Below, one piece after another: positions 45,971-55,957 of a stretch of DNA of 64,000 nucleotides; position 1 is the stretch's first letter; the number at the start of each line of letters is the position of its first letter. This DNA comes from a virus. Lineage: Duplodnaviria > Caudoviricetes. The stretch is taken from positions 32,001 through 96,000 of IMG/VR virus record IMGVR_UViG_3300036803_000075; one strand, 5' to 3'. The position numbers and the translations under genes are program-made. Under the pieces are notes generated by a model, which made no database searches, was not told the origin of the DNA, and worked only from the letters and a program-made list of their open reading frames with translations.

Positions 45971-45979
45971 TAGGCACTC

Positions 45980-46903
45980 CTATCCTTGATACAAAGCGGC
46001 CAGAGCCGCGAACTTGGCCACCGTGTTGGCGTACGGCCGAAGCCACCAGCCTCCATCAGGGTCACCGACATCGGAATCAAAATAAGCCTGGAAGACCGCA
46101 TGGTTGGTGTTGCCGTAATCCGCCGCCGCTTGCAACCAGTTGGCGCGCCGCAACGGTTGGGTAGGGTCTTCATGGCAGCCGTACTCAGCGATCGCCCACT
46201 GGACGTTCTTCGCTTGAGCAAAAGCCAGTAGCGGCGCTGCTAGTACGGGGAACTCAGTCCAGGGCTTTCCGTTGGTGGGACTCCAGAAGTTGTACGTGTC
46301 CGGGGCGAAGACATCTACGACGTTGCCGACCGGCCACATGTCATTGGCGGTAAATCCGTACGTAGCAATGGCCTGAGGATTAAAAATGTAGTCCACCAGA
46401 CACAGGTACGTACGAACGTTCGGCCGCTTCGCTGACTTGACGACCTGGCAAAACCTCGTAAAGGCGGCCTTCCAGTCCGACAACGTGTACAAGCCCTGTC
46501 GGATCTTCGAGTCAGGCTCGTGATAGAGCGTGATGTACATGGTGTGGTCGAGTGGTACCGAATAAACAAAACTCAGGATGGCCGTGTCCATCGACCCGGC
46601 GGCCAGCCCCGCCATGTCTGCGGGATGCGCTGAATAGACAGACGTTCGGTGACCGTAATCCCACGCCGCTGCTGAGGAGTTGAAGTCCGCCGGCAGCTCG
46701 GTGTCGTACGAACGTCGTACCGCTAGCGGACCCACCGCTGTTTCCAAATCAGCCCAGGACTGCTGGTACGTCTGCCCGATCGGTGGCGTATTGGCAGCGC
46801 CAATAGCCATGGGCAGCACAGGAGGCGGGACGATGGGGCGCTCTGGAGCGAATTCGAATTCCACCCACGTCCCATTCCTGGCGTACAGCAGCTCGACCGG
46901 CAT
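45980..46903 (-). CDS. GH26-like glycoside hydrolase (virion-associated)
   Basis: YITLYHEPD (acid/base), VDVFAPDTYN, WAIAEYG (nucleophile), YFD; start at 46903 coupled to the upstream stop. Confidence 0.75.
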   Translation of the reverse strand: MPVELLYARNGTWVEFEFAPERPIVPPPVLPMAIGAANTPPIGQTYQQSWADLETAVGPLAVRRSYDTELPADFNSSAAAWDYGHRTSVYSAHPADMAGLAAGSMDTAILSFVYSVPLDHTMYITLYHEPDSKIRQGLYTLSDWKAAFTRFCQVVKSAKRPNVRTYLCLVDYIFNPQAIATYGFTANDMWPVGNVVDVFAPDTYNFWSPTNGKPWTEFPVLAAPLLAFAQAKNVQWAIAEYGCHEDPTQPLRRANWLQAAADYGNTNHAVFQAYFDSDVGDPDGGWWLRPYANTVAKFAALAALYQG

Positions 46904-48648
46904 CAGGGAGTCTTCCTCCAGAAGTCCAGTCCATCGGTAGCGCCAATGCCACCGATCAACGGGGCCACGGGGCCGACCCACATCACTGGGGTCGCCAGGA
47001 CGGGCCGGGCCGGGTAGGAGGAGCTGCCGGTGTCGTAGTAGATCACGGGCTCACTTGCGATGGAGGCCCACCGCAGACCCGTGCCCTGGGCGGAGTCCGC
47101 GATCAGGAACTGGCCGTCCGTACCGACCGGCACCCGGGCGGGAGTCGAGGTGCCAGAGGCACCAATCAGGTCGCCCTTGGTGGTGGTGAGCGTCTTTGGG
47201 ACGTACTTGGTAGCGGCATCTGACGCTGCCGCCGTAGTGGCGTTGGACTGAGCGGTGTTCGCCTTGGTGGTGGCGTCTGTCGCCGCCGCCGCGATGGCCG
47301 CCGCCTGGGCCGCTGTGGCTGCTCCTGACGCGTCATAAGGCAGCGTCGGGATCTGGACGGTGGGTACCTTCGAGCCACTGTCGAGCGTGGCAAGACCACT
47401 GGCGGCGCCCTTCTGGGTAAGGGGCAGATACTTCGTCGCGGCGTCCGCGATAGCCGCTGCCTGGGCGGCTGCCGCCGAGCCGGTGCCGTCGTACGGGAGG
47501 CTCGGAATCTGGGCGGTGGGGACCTTGGTGCTGCCATCCAGCGACGCGATGCCGGAGGCCGCACCCTTCTGGGTGGTCGGGATGTACTTGGTGGCCGCAT
47601 CGGCGATAGCAGCCGCCTGGGCGGTCGTGGCCTTGGTCTGGGCACCCGTAGGTGTCTCAGCCCCTATGGAGGCCGGAGAGACCGGATCAGCGCCGGCAGA
47701 GGCATGCTGAGCGGCGTGGGTCTTGGCCGCGTAGACCCCAGAGAGCACCACCACGCCGGTCTGGCCGTCTACCGACAGCACCGAGCCCGATCCGGAGCCG
47801 GCGATCTCTAGCCAGTTGCCCAAGGTCGAGGCCGGGTCACTCTGCAGGATGTAGCTCTTGGACTGGTCGGTCCGGATGGCGATGTCCCCGCGCTGGGCGG
47901 TGAGCGCCAGCATGGCCGCCTGGCTGGACACCACAAAGGTGTCCTTGATCGCCAGCGGGGGCAGCTGGGAGTTGGGGATCAGCCCGTTGGAGTCCAGGGT
48001 GGCGACCCCGCTGGGCGCACCCTTCTGAGTCACCGGAATCGAGGCGGCCTTGGCCGCGTTGGCCTTGTTGGTCGCATCCGTAGCCGACGCGGCGATAGCT
48101 GCTGCCTGGGCGGCGTTGGCCGCCGTCACAGCTGCTCCGACAGCGTCGTAAAGGCTACTCAGACTAGGGATGTTGCTGGCCTGGAGAGTCGCCACCAGCC
48201 TGGGCTTGCCGGCGGTGGCATCCCACACCATGACGGTGCCGTCATTACGCGGCGCGTTGGGCATGTGGATGACATCGGTGGAGTAGCCGGAGTCGTACAG
48301 GGCCTGCAGGATCGGCCCGAACTCGGCTTCCAGCGGATAGGTCACGGTGGCGCCGAACGGCTTGCCGTACAGCCGTTTGATGCCCACCGCGCCGTAGAAC
48401 TCAGGGATCAGGCCGTCCGTACCGACCAGCACCGTGGAGTCGACCAGGATGGTGCCGTCAGCCAGGTGCAGATCCGGAGCCAGCGTGGTAGCCGCCTGGT
48501 CCGAGTAGATCACAATCGGCACCTGAGGGGGCATCAGGATCGGGTCACCCGCGCGGCTGTAGTAGAACGTCAGCCGATCTTGCGGGAACAGAAACCTCCC
48601 CACGGGATCCCAGCCCGGTGGTGCGTCCTGCATGATCGGTACGGGCAT
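46903..48648 (-). CDS. Fibre protein with three KGA.SG.A.LD...K.P..Q.P repeats
   Basis: Internal repeats visible; N-terminal adaptor shared with 51310-51834. Confidence 0.7.
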   Translation of the reverse strand: MPVPIMQDAPPGWDPVGRFLFPQDRLTFYYSRAGDPILMPPQVPIVIYSDQAATTLAPDLHLADGTILVDSTVLVGTDGLIPEFYGAVGIKRLYGKPFGATVTYPLEAEFGPILQALYDSGYSTDVIHMPNAPRNDGTVMVWDATAGKPRLVATLQASNIPSLSSLYDAVGAAVTAANAAQAAAIAASATDATNKANAAKAASIPVTQKGAPSGVATLDSNGLIPNSQLPPLAIKDTFVVSSQAAMLALTAQRGDIAIRTDQSKSYILQSDPASTLGNWLEIAGSGSGSVLSVDGQTGVVVLSGVYAAKTHAAQHASAGADPVSPASIGAETPTGAQTKATTAQAAAIADAATKYIPTTQKGAASGIASLDGSTKVPTAQIPSLPYDGTGSAAAAQAAAIADAATKYLPLTQKGAASGLATLDSGSKVPTVQIPTLPYDASGAATAAQAAAIAAAATDATTKANTAQSNATTAAASDAATKYVPKTLTTTKGDLIGASGTSTPARVPVGTDGQFLIADSAQGTGLRWASIASEPVIYYDTGSSSYPARPVLATPVMWVGPVAPLIGGIGATDGLDFWRKTP

Positions 48649-48759
48649 GAGCGGACCTCCTCTACCTCTTCGTCGTTCTCTGAGAGGCGCGGGCAGGAGG
48701 CCGGAGCTGGGACGACAGAACGACGAAGCCTCGGATTAGGTCACTTGGAGCGGTTCGCC

Positions 48760-48969
48760 CTACGGAGTAGGCGGTACGTAATGAGGCTGCCAAGCCTCAA
48801 TGATCAAGTAAGGCGCATGGGTGTCTTCGGGAGCGCCACTGGTGTTGTTCTGGATAGCGGACCAAGCCGCTTCTTCGAAGGTATCGAACACGGAGCCACT
48901 GGCGAACATGTTGTTGCGCGAAGTGACGATCCAAACTTTCTTCATCTCGAACTTCGGCTGCTCTTCCAT
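48760..48969 (-). CDS. Small hypothetical protein (MEEQPKFEM...)
   Basis: ATG overlapping the upstream TAA; C-terminal part of track ORF 48760-49068. Confidence 0.5.
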   Translation of the reverse strand: MEEQPKFEMKKVWIVTSRNNMFASGSVFDTFEEAAWSAIQNNTSGAPEDTHAPYLIIEAWQPHYVPPTP

Positions 48970-49646
48970 TAGTTCATACCTACCCAGTAATTGAGCGGAC
49001 CTGTGGTGACGCTCGCCATGGTGATCGAAGTGGGAAGAGAAGTCTGGCCGGTCAGAATGCTGCCACATCTAAAGTTGGCCGACGCGGCGGTGCCGCCCAC
49101 GTTGTAAACCGGGCTAGAGCCAAAGGTGCCACCACTACGCGAAAAGGTGGGAACCGTCGTAGCCCCTCCTACGACAATGCCGATGTAATAACGACCTGGT
49201 GTGATGGCATATGTGGAAGAGAGTGGAAGTGTACTAAGGCCAATGCTTTGCCAGGGGGTCGAGACATTGTTGGTCACGGCCAGTCTAGTGCCAGCTGTGC
49301 TGTAGATACCGGCGAAAGAGTTAGTCAAGCCAGCGGGGGTGGTCTGGCTGTTCAGCGCCGTATACAAATTGGTGACTGTAGCAGCGACCGGCACGACTAT
49401 CGCCATAAGGTAGACGACGCCAGCAGTAATGGCGTTCGTGGTGTTGTTGAAGACAATTAGAGGGTCATGTGTCCAAGCTATGAGCCCTTGATCTCCTGGT
49501 TGGAATTGACCTGCCTGGCCGGAGGCTACAACAAGTTCGGTGCCATCCTGGTCCTTGGTGTAAATCCGACGGTCCGTCTTGGCGTAGAGGTCCACGTAGC
49601 CAGCAGACGGAGTGCTGGGGGTAGACATCTGAGGCAGGACCGGCAT
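48969..49646 (-). CDS. Virion fibre-associated protein (starts MPVLPQMST)
   Basis: GAGG SD and TAATG coupling at 49646. Confidence 0.65.
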   Translation of the reverse strand: MPVLPQMSTPSTPSAGYVDLYAKTDRRIYTKDQDGTELVVASGQAGQFQPGDQGLIAWTHDPLIVFNNTTNAITAGVVYLMAIVVPVAATVTNLYTALNSQTTPAGLTNSFAGIYSTAGTRLAVTNNVSTPWQSIGLSTLPLSSTYAITPGRYYIGIVVGGATTVPTFSRSGGTFGSSPVYNVGGTAASANFRCGSILTGQTSLPTSITMASVTTGPLNYWVGMN

Positions 49647-49810
49647 TACCCCTCCTCGGCGCTCTTGAGCTGAGACAGCTCGGCGGTCAGCTTGGCGATG
49701 GTCTGCTCGTACTGGATCACCTGGGCCATAAGCAGGACGCGATCGTCCATCAGGCGCGCCAGCTCCTGCTTCTGGGCCATGACGATGGCCGCCTGTTCCA
49801 GGTCGATCAT
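49646..49810 (-). CDS. Small coiled-coil protein (54 aa), possible fibre chaperone
   Basis: Hand translation MIDLEQAAIVMAQKQELARL...; coupled at both ends. Confidence 0.6.
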   Translation of the reverse strand: MIDLEQAAIVMAQKQELARLMDDRVLLMAQVIQYEQTIAKLTAELSQLKSAEEG

Positions 49811-51306
49811 CCCACCACACAGACCCTGATGGCGTTGGTAGTCGGAGCCGTGGCAAAGCTCAAGGTGACGTTGTTGGCGTCGGTAGCAACGGGGTTAGCC
49901 AGGATCTGTTCATTGGAGGTGTTGTCGTAGACGAACACTCCCGGCGCCGTGTTGTTCAGCGCATGGTTGACCGTGATGGTGGTCAAGCTGCCATTGCCGA
50001 AGTTGGTCGGTCCGTACACACCCGCCGCGACCAGGGCTGTGCGTGCGCCTGCGGCTGTCGTAGCGCCCGTACCGCCCTTATTCAGGGCAACGGTGGTGGC
50101 GGACCAGGTGCCGGTAGCGATCGTGCCCAGGGTTGTGATGGAAGTCTGGCCGACGTACGCGGCGTCGATATCGATCCCCGAGCCCGAGACCGCGATCCTG
50201 CTGGCCGTACCCACGGCCGACATGACCGAGCCGACCTTCTGAAGACCGTTGCCAGCCGTCACGGTGGCCGAGGAGCTGAACTGCGAGAAAACCAATGCGG
50301 TACCTGAGGAACCACCGATGGTGATGCTGTTGTTGGTGCTCAATACCCAACCGGTGTCGGCGTTGACGGTACCCTCTTCGATGAACATAAAGGCGCCGCC
50401 GGTCACCTCGGAGTCAGCGTCAAAGTCCGTCGCCCGATCCCACACACCATTGGCGCCTGTACCCAACGTGGTGACTACATAGATGCCATTCTGGGCGCCC
50501 GCAGTCTGGTCCTTGAGCAGGATCCTGTTGCCCTGGACCAAGGTGACGCTGTCGAGGGAGTTGGGGGCGGCAGTAATCTGACCTCGAGCTGACGTACCGC
50601 CGGTCGCGGTATAGGTCACCGAAACGTTGGCCGTGCTCGCCAGCCGTACCGAGGCCTTCACGTCCAGGCCGGCGGCCAGGTTGTCGACGTAGTTCTTAGT
50701 GGCCAGGTGGGTCGACTGAGTCGGGTCAGACGCGGTGATCGGACTGGTCGCGGCGGCGAACTGATCGAGCCTGTAGGCCTGCACGACCGAAGACAGGTCC
50801 GAGATCGTCGAGGCCGTCTGCGTGCTGGTGTGATTCGCCCGGCTCAGGTAATAGCTCGCCGCCTGGCTGTTCAGGTTCGTGGCATTAGAGGCCGTACCTG
50901 TCAGCGATGCGGTAATCACGCCCGCAGCGAAGTTGCCGCTGCCGTCTCGCTTCACAATGGTACTGGCGGTATTGGTATCGATAGCAGCGTGCAACGTGGT
51001 GTAGTCGGCCGCGCTCATCGTTCCGGGCACCGAGCCGCTGGAGGCCGCGATAGAGATGGCCTGAGACTTGCTGGTGACACTGCCGACTGAGATGGCTCCC
51101 ACCCCGGACACTGACTCCAGAATGGTGGTCAGAGAGTCCGCTGCGGTGCCATTCCACGTCTTGGCTGTGCCGCTCGTGGTGTTGAACCATGTGAGCCCTT
51201 TGTCGGTGCTCCCCAGCCCTCCTGGATCTGATGCCAGGTTCTGTAACTTTGCGTTCTGCAGCTCGGTCTTGCGAAAGTCGATGGGGTTACTGAGCCACAT
51301 GTGCAC
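49807..51306 (-). CDS. Fibre/whisker-type structural protein
   Basis: ATKNYVD..AAGLDVK.SVR, RILLKDQT...QNGIY, W.RATD.D, F.QFS motifs typical of phage fibres. Confidence 0.75.
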   Translation of the reverse strand: MHMWLSNPIDFRKTELQNAKLQNLASDPGGLGSTDKGLTWFNTTSGTAKTWNGTAADSLTTILESVSGVGAISVGSVTSKSQAISIAASSGSVPGTMSAADYTTLHAAIDTNTASTIVKRDGSGNFAAGVITASLTGTASNATNLNSQAASYYLSRANHTSTQTASTISDLSSVVQAYRLDQFAAATSPITASDPTQSTHLATKNYVDNLAAGLDVKASVRLASTANVSVTYTATGGTSARGQITAAPNSLDSVTLVQGNRILLKDQTAGAQNGIYVVTTLGTGANGVWDRATDFDADSEVTGGAFMFIEEGTVNADTGWVLSTNNSITIGGSSGTALVFSQFSSSATVTAGNGLQKVGSVMSAVGTASRIAVSGSGIDIDAAYVGQTSITTLGTIATGTWSATTVALNKGGTGATTAAGARTALVAAGVYGPTNFGNGSLTTITVNHALNNTAPGVFVYDNTSNEQILANPVATDANNVTLSFATAPTTNAIRVCVVG

Positions 51307-51309
51307 TCC

Positions 51310-51834
51310 TCATGACAGGTACGCCTTGCCTGAGAATGCAAGACCGAATTGAAGGGTAAGAGTGTTGTCGTCGACATAGTCAATCGTGGGAGCGAACACC
51401 TGCGTGCCAGCGGTATCTAGCACCGTGACTCCGCCGGGCATGAACCCCAGGTTATGGATGATGGTCCAGGTAGCCGCGTCGGTGTTTTGGGCAAACACAA
51501 AATACCCGGGCCGACCGACCGCGCCCTCTAGGACATCCAGTCGTTGGGCGGCCTCCGCGTAGACCGCATAGCCGCCGGCCGCTCCGGGAGACTTAACGTA
51601 CAGAGTGGAGGTCCCGTCGGCTGGCCCCAAGAACTCCGGAAGCAGGCCGTCGGAGTCGATATGAATGATGGAGCCGGCGAGCGCGACGTTGTTCAAACCG
51701 GTGATATTCGCCAGCTGCGTGCAGTTGGCGTCCAGGTAGACAGTCAAGGCCACCGGGCCTGGCATCAACAGAGGCTGACCTGGCCCGGCATACACGTACG
51801 CCGAGCGATCGTCTGGAAACTTTAGCCTAGCCAT
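51310..51834 (-). CDS. Virion protein (adaptor plus W.I.HNLG..P.V.V domain)
   Basis: C-terminal WTIIHNLG...FSGKAYL pattern. Confidence 0.65.
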   Translation of the reverse strand: MARLKFPDDRSAYVYAGPGQPLLMPGPVALTVYLDANCTQLANITGLNNVALAGSIIHIDSDGLLPEFLGPADGTSTLYVKSPGAAGGYAVYAEAAQRLDVLEGAVGRPGYFVFAQNTDAATWTIIHNLGFMPGGVTVLDTAGTQVFAPTIDYVDDNTLTLQFGLAFSGKAYLS

Positions 51835-52709
51835 TAGTAAAAACGTCCGTAGTAACGAGGTCGAGCAGCCATGTAGCCGACACGGGTCGGGCCGTACCGA
51901 CCGAAGACGCCACCAGAAACCAGCACACGTGGCCGGCCAAGACCCATATGGCGGATCTTGAAGACCTCGAATTCCTTCAGCAGCAGCGCTTCCTCGGACT
52001 GCAGCATCTGCCGCCAGCGGTCCATGTAGTCACGTCGGTCCAACCGGGTGATCGTCCCACCCGTGATCACGTTCGGCTGTTCGGTATACGAGCGCACCAG
52101 ATGCTTGAGGGCCTCAACATAGAGGCACATCTCCAGCAGCGCGCCCCATTGGGCGAAAGGAAACTCCGATCCGCCAACGCCATCAACGGTATAGCTCTGG
52201 AAGGGCTGGGCGGAGGTGTTCATCCGACCCACCGCGATCTTGAGCAGCTGCGCAAGCCGCCCACGGTCATAGTGGCTCTGGAAATAGGTTTGGAGGTTCG
52301 GGCCACCATGCGGTGAATCGAAGCAGTCGGCGAACCGAATCCAGACCGAGTCGACTACGTCCTTCATCTCCGGCGGCAGATTGTCGTACGGAGGAGTGAC
52401 ATCGCCGATGACGTAATACTGCTCGTATCGATCGGCCTGGGCGGCGATCGCGTACTGCCAGACGAGGGTGAAATTCCCGGTGTCCTGCAGATCCGCACCA
52501 GCGAGGGTGACTTGGTAGTCGCCCGTGTCGATCCGGACCGCCATCCGCTGGAATACCTGAACCGGTGGAATGGCCTCATTAAAAAATCCCACGTCCACCT
52601 GACTGGAGTCAGGATCCGTGAGCACTCCGGCGGAATAAATCTTCAGGCCGATGATCTCCCGGCCGTACCGAGAGAGGTAGGCCCTGTTACGGAAGTCGAT
52701 CTCGACCAT
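51834..52709 (-). CDS. Putative head-to-tail adaptor
   Basis: Synteny; LDRRDY..RW motif. Confidence 0.55.
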   Translation of the reverse strand: MVEIDFRNRAYLSRYGREIIGLKIYSAGVLTDPDSSQVDVGFFNEAIPPVQVFQRMAVRIDTGDYQVTLAGADLQDTGNFTLVWQYAIAAQADRYEQYYVIGDVTPPYDNLPPEMKDVVDSVWIRFADCFDSPHGGPNLQTYFQSHYDRGRLAQLLKIAVGRMNTSAQPFQSYTVDGVGGSEFPFAQWGALLEMCLYVEALKHLVRSYTEQPNVITGGTITRLDRRDYMDRWRQMLQSEEALLLKEFEVFKIRHMGLGRPRVLVSGGVFGRYGPTRVGYMAARPRYYGRFY

Positions 52710-52721
52710 GGCCCTTCTTCT

Positions 52722-53351
52722 CTACGTGCGGGCGAGGAAAGCCATCCCGCGAGCGGCTCCGACGAAGATGGAGTTTGGATAACCACTAACGGAAACTCGG
52801 GCGCCAACAGTATGGGTGCCAGCGGAGATGGGGGCTAGGGCAAAGATAGGAATTTCTCGGTGGTCGAAGTAGCCGGTGTTGTCACGGGAGACGAACTGAA
52901 CGTACAGCTGGCCGGCCAGGCCGACGGGAGCGTTGTCCACGATCACAGACACGGCACTCGCGCCGATGGTGTTATCCGCACAGGCGAGCCGAACAGCTCC
53001 GCTGATGAACAGATATCCCGGCTTGGGGGCGGTCAAGGTGATGAAGTTGTAGTTGGCGTTCGCGTTCGGGCTGAGCGTCGCGCCAATGTTCAAGCCGCCA
53101 GCCCACGACAGCGGAGTCTCGGTCAGCGGGTTGAAGGCCGTACCGCTCCAAATGTAAATGCTGCCGGTGTCGGTCTCCAAAATGGCCCGGCCCGCCTGCG
53201 ATCCGGCCCAGGTCGGCCGTGACGAGGACGTGCACACGTGCATCCCGGGTGTGGCATCAAGCCTATTATTATTGTCGACGAAGTCTTGACGCTTGAACGG
53301 GTCGGACCCGTCGTTATTTTTCAGCCCCAGCCGGGGTGTGTACGTTGCCAC
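52722..53351 (-). CDS. Minor structural protein
   Basis: TPRLGL N-terminus; GR.I.ETDT...Y.W.G motif; late-promoter motif upstream. Confidence 0.6.
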   Translation of the reverse strand: MATYTPRLGLKNNDGSDPFKRQDFVDNNNRLDATPGMHVCTSSSRPTWAGSQAGRAILETDTGSIYIWSGTAFNPLTETPLSWAGGLNIGATLSPNANANYNFITLTAPKPGYLFISGAVRLACADNTIGASAVSVIVDNAPVGLAGQLYVQFVSRDNTGYFDHREIPIFALAPISAGTHTVGARVSVSGYPNSIFVGAARGMAFLART

Positions 53352-53432
53352 CTGGTTGCCCTCCCGTCCTCTACCCCTTCGCCGCCCTCAGCAGAACGGG
53401 GACAGGGCAGCGGGACTACCACTCAAAGCGGT

Positions 53433-53464
53433 CAGCCCCAGCCTCACGAGGAGGCTGGGGCTGA
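53433..53464. terminator. Hairpin/terminator downstream of the FN3 gene
   Basis: TCAGCCCCAGCCTC/GAGGCTGGGGCTGA inverted repeat. Confidence 0.5.
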
Positions 53465-53523
53465 CGTGACGCTCGGCCACACATTGGGCATCGCGAGTCT
53501 TGTGGAGCGCTACCGAGATCTTA

Positions 53524-54618
53524 CTAGGCCGGCGTAATGCTGTTGCTCGCGGCAGAGGTCACGGTTCCCCGAGCGTTGGTCGCGGTGACAGTGAACGTAA
53601 CCGGCGTACCGGTCGTCAGACCAGTGACAACCGCCGTCAGAGTGGACCCCGAGACTGATGTCTGCTGGCCGGTCGAAGCCTTGGCCACATAGCCGGAGAA
53701 CGGTGCCCCGAAGGTGGGAGCGGTCCAGGTGACCGTCGCCGACGTAGCGGACGCGATGGCCGCGACCGGTGTGCCGGGATTGGTGGCGTATCCGCCCGTA
53801 CCCGCGACCACGGTGCCATCTGGCCGGTAGATCGGGTTCAGCCTGTTGTCCGTGGTGATGCCGGCCGGCTTGTTCACGTCGCTCTCATCTGGGTTCCACG
53901 GCGCCACCGTCGCGGACAGCGCCGAGAACACCCCGATGCCGTTGTAGTTCCGGGCCGCCACCTTGAACTTGTAAAGCTGGTTCGGCTTGAGGTTGTAGAC
54001 CCGGACGCTCGTGTCCGCCGCTCCGGCGAAGGCCACACCGCCCGTGTCGCCCTCGATCCGATAGCCGAGCGTGGGGGCTCCAGAGACGGGCGTCGGAGCC
54101 ACCCAGGTCACCACGACGTACCGAGGTCCAGCGGCCACCGTGGGGGTGGTCGGGGCCGGCGGGGTGTTGTGGTTGGCCGGAGCGGGATAGGCGCCGATCT
54201 GGTACGTCTCCGTGGTGCCCAGGACGTTGACCGAGGTCGGTACCGGCGGCGTACCGGTGCCGCTGGAAACAGGCTGATCGGTGCGGGTGGTGTCAGCGGT
54301 CTGCGCCGGAGCCAGCAGAAGGTTGGCCGCCCGGTAGACCGGGTTGGCGTCCCGCAGCTGCGTCGCATACTGCGAGTCCCGGGTGCCGGTGACCGGCGGA
54401 GACAGGCTGTCCGGCTGATGGATGTTGTACGGAGTGTTGCCGTACGCGCCCTCGGTGTCCAGGTTGACACCCGGTGGAGTGGCGGGAGCGGCTGTGGTAC
54501 TGCCGCCCGCGCCCGGCGTCTCGGTGTCGGCAGTACTGCCCCGACCAGCAGTACCCGAGGAAGCCGGCCCAGGCTGGCCGGTCGTCCCCGTAGTGTCGGT
54601 GGTTCCCGGTGTCGTCAT
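53524..54618 (-). CDS. FN3-domain virion decoration protein
   Basis: Two FN3 repeats (VTW.AP...GY...L.....Y.F.V.A.N..G). Confidence 0.8.
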   Translation of the reverse strand: MTTPGTTDTTGTTGQPGPASSGTAGRGSTADTETPGAGGSTTAAPATPPGVNLDTEGAYGNTPYNIHQPDSLSPPVTGTRDSQYATQLRDANPVYRAANLLLAPAQTADTTRTDQPVSSGTGTPPVPTSVNVLGTTETYQIGAYPAPANHNTPPAPTTPTVAAGPRYVVVTWVAPTPVSGAPTLGYRIEGDTGGVAFAGAADTSVRVYNLKPNQLYKFKVAARNYNGIGVFSALSATVAPWNPDESDVNKPAGITTDNRLNPIYRPDGTVVAGTGGYATNPGTPVAAIASATSATVTWTAPTFGAPFSGYVAKASTGQQTSVSGSTLTAVVTGLTTGTPVTFTVTATNARGTVTSAASNSITPA

Positions 54619-54646
54619 ATTGTGGCTCCCTCGGTTCTACTCTCGG

Positions 54647-55306
54647 CTATTCGCCGACAACGCCCTTGCGATTTTTGTCAGCGCGCTCGGCCTCCAGGAC
54701 ACGGTTGGCCTCCTCGTCGGAGGTGCTCCCGTCGGTCAGGTAGGCATTGACCTCTTCGACCGTATGATCAGAGGGGTTGAACGGCCCCTCTGCCTCTACC
54801 GCCGCCGGCTCGACACCCGATTCAGGTGCCGGCTCTGAGACGGGCTCAGACGGTCCGTCCGGTCCGTCGAGCGTCTGTGTACCCGAGACCGCTGCGCCGC
54901 CCTTGTACGCGTTGTCAGGCACGTCGTAGCCCTGCTCCTGCGCCTTCAGCACCAGCGGGTCAGGGCTGTCCGGGTCAAGCCGCTGTGCCTGCTCCTGCGG
55001 AGTCAGCACCTCGTCAATGTGCAGGGTGCCCTCGGGGATCGGGTTCGGCACGATCAGCTGGCCGGTCGTGGCCGAGCGCTCCTGAGCCTTCTCCTGTTCC
55101 GCCGCGAGCTTCTCCCGGTCGGCGTCGGAGTAGGTGTCCTCGTCGCTGAAGTCCGCGCCGGCCAGATCGGCATCGCGGGCGGCATCCCACACACCCGAGA
55201 CCTTGCTGGCGTCGCCATGGTCACCCCCAAAGACTCCGGTGGTGTCCAGCGTTCCGTAGTGCGCGGTGGGGTCCGGGACGTGGTCCGGGTTCTCCTGGTA
55301 AGCCAT
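54647..55306 (-). CDS. Acidic virion-associated protein
   Basis: C-terminal FNPSDHTVEEV..YL...E..RVL.AE....NRK motif. Confidence 0.6.
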   Translation of the reverse strand: MAYQENPDHVPDPTAHYGTLDTTGVFGGDHGDASKVSGVWDAARDADLAGADFSDEDTYSDADREKLAAEQEKAQERSATTGQLIVPNPIPEGTLHIDEVLTPQEQAQRLDPDSPDPLVLKAQEQGYDVPDNAYKGGAAVSGTQTLDGPDGPSEPVSEPAPESGVEPAAVEAEGPFNPSDHTVEEVNAYLTDGSTSDEEANRVLEAERADKNRKGVVGE

Positions 55307-55327
55307 GACTAACTTCTCCCTCAGCTC

Positions 55328-55837
55328 TTAGCGCCGTTCCCAGCGCCATACGGTCTTGCCCTCGGCGTCGCGCCCTTCCTGACGAGTGAAGTCAGGCGCC
55401 TGGTAGGCGTGCAGGTCGCATAGCGGGGGTTCCACCTCGGAGCGCTCTTCACGCATCATCAAGGTAGATCCACATGCTTTGCCGCCCTGTTGAGCGACAC
55501 ATTCCAGGGTGATCAGCTCGGACTTGGGCGTGTGGGCGATCGTCTTTTCAATCGCCTCGGTGGCCTTGTCCTGCTGATCGAACCAGGCCGTAGTCTGGCG
55601 GTCCATCGCCTCGTCGACGGTGGCCTCATCGCCCACAACCGCCACGATGCGGCGCTTAAGGGCCTGCTGGAACTCCGGCGTACCGGCGGCATCCTCAGAG
55701 ATGAACTTGATGTCATTACCCTTGGGGTCGCCTGCGGCTTCCCAGAAGATGTAATTCTTCACGTTGTTGGGATCCAACGACATGACCGTTGGGCCCTTCA
55801 TGAGGTTGCGAACCGCGATACGCTGCGCCACCGGCAT
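55328..55837 (-). CDS. Hypothetical late protein
   Basis: AGGAG SD; late-promoter motif upstream. Confidence 0.65.
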   Translation of the reverse strand: MPVAQRIAVRNLMKGPTVMSLDPNNVKNYIFWEAAGDPKGNDIKFISEDAAGTPEFQQALKRRIVAVVGDEATVDEAMDRQTTAWFDQQDKATEAIEKTIAHTPKSELITLECVAQQGGKACGSTLMMREERSEVEPPLCDLHAYQAPDFTRQEGRDAEGKTVWRWERR

Positions 55838-55957
55838 GGTCTTACTCCTGTTCGGTTTGGTCTTTCTGCTCTAACCCTTCCGGGCAGAAAAAGACCTCCG
55901 AACAGGACGAAGCCCCGCCTGCCGAGATGGCTGGCGGGGCTGGGCCAAGGGAGCCGA

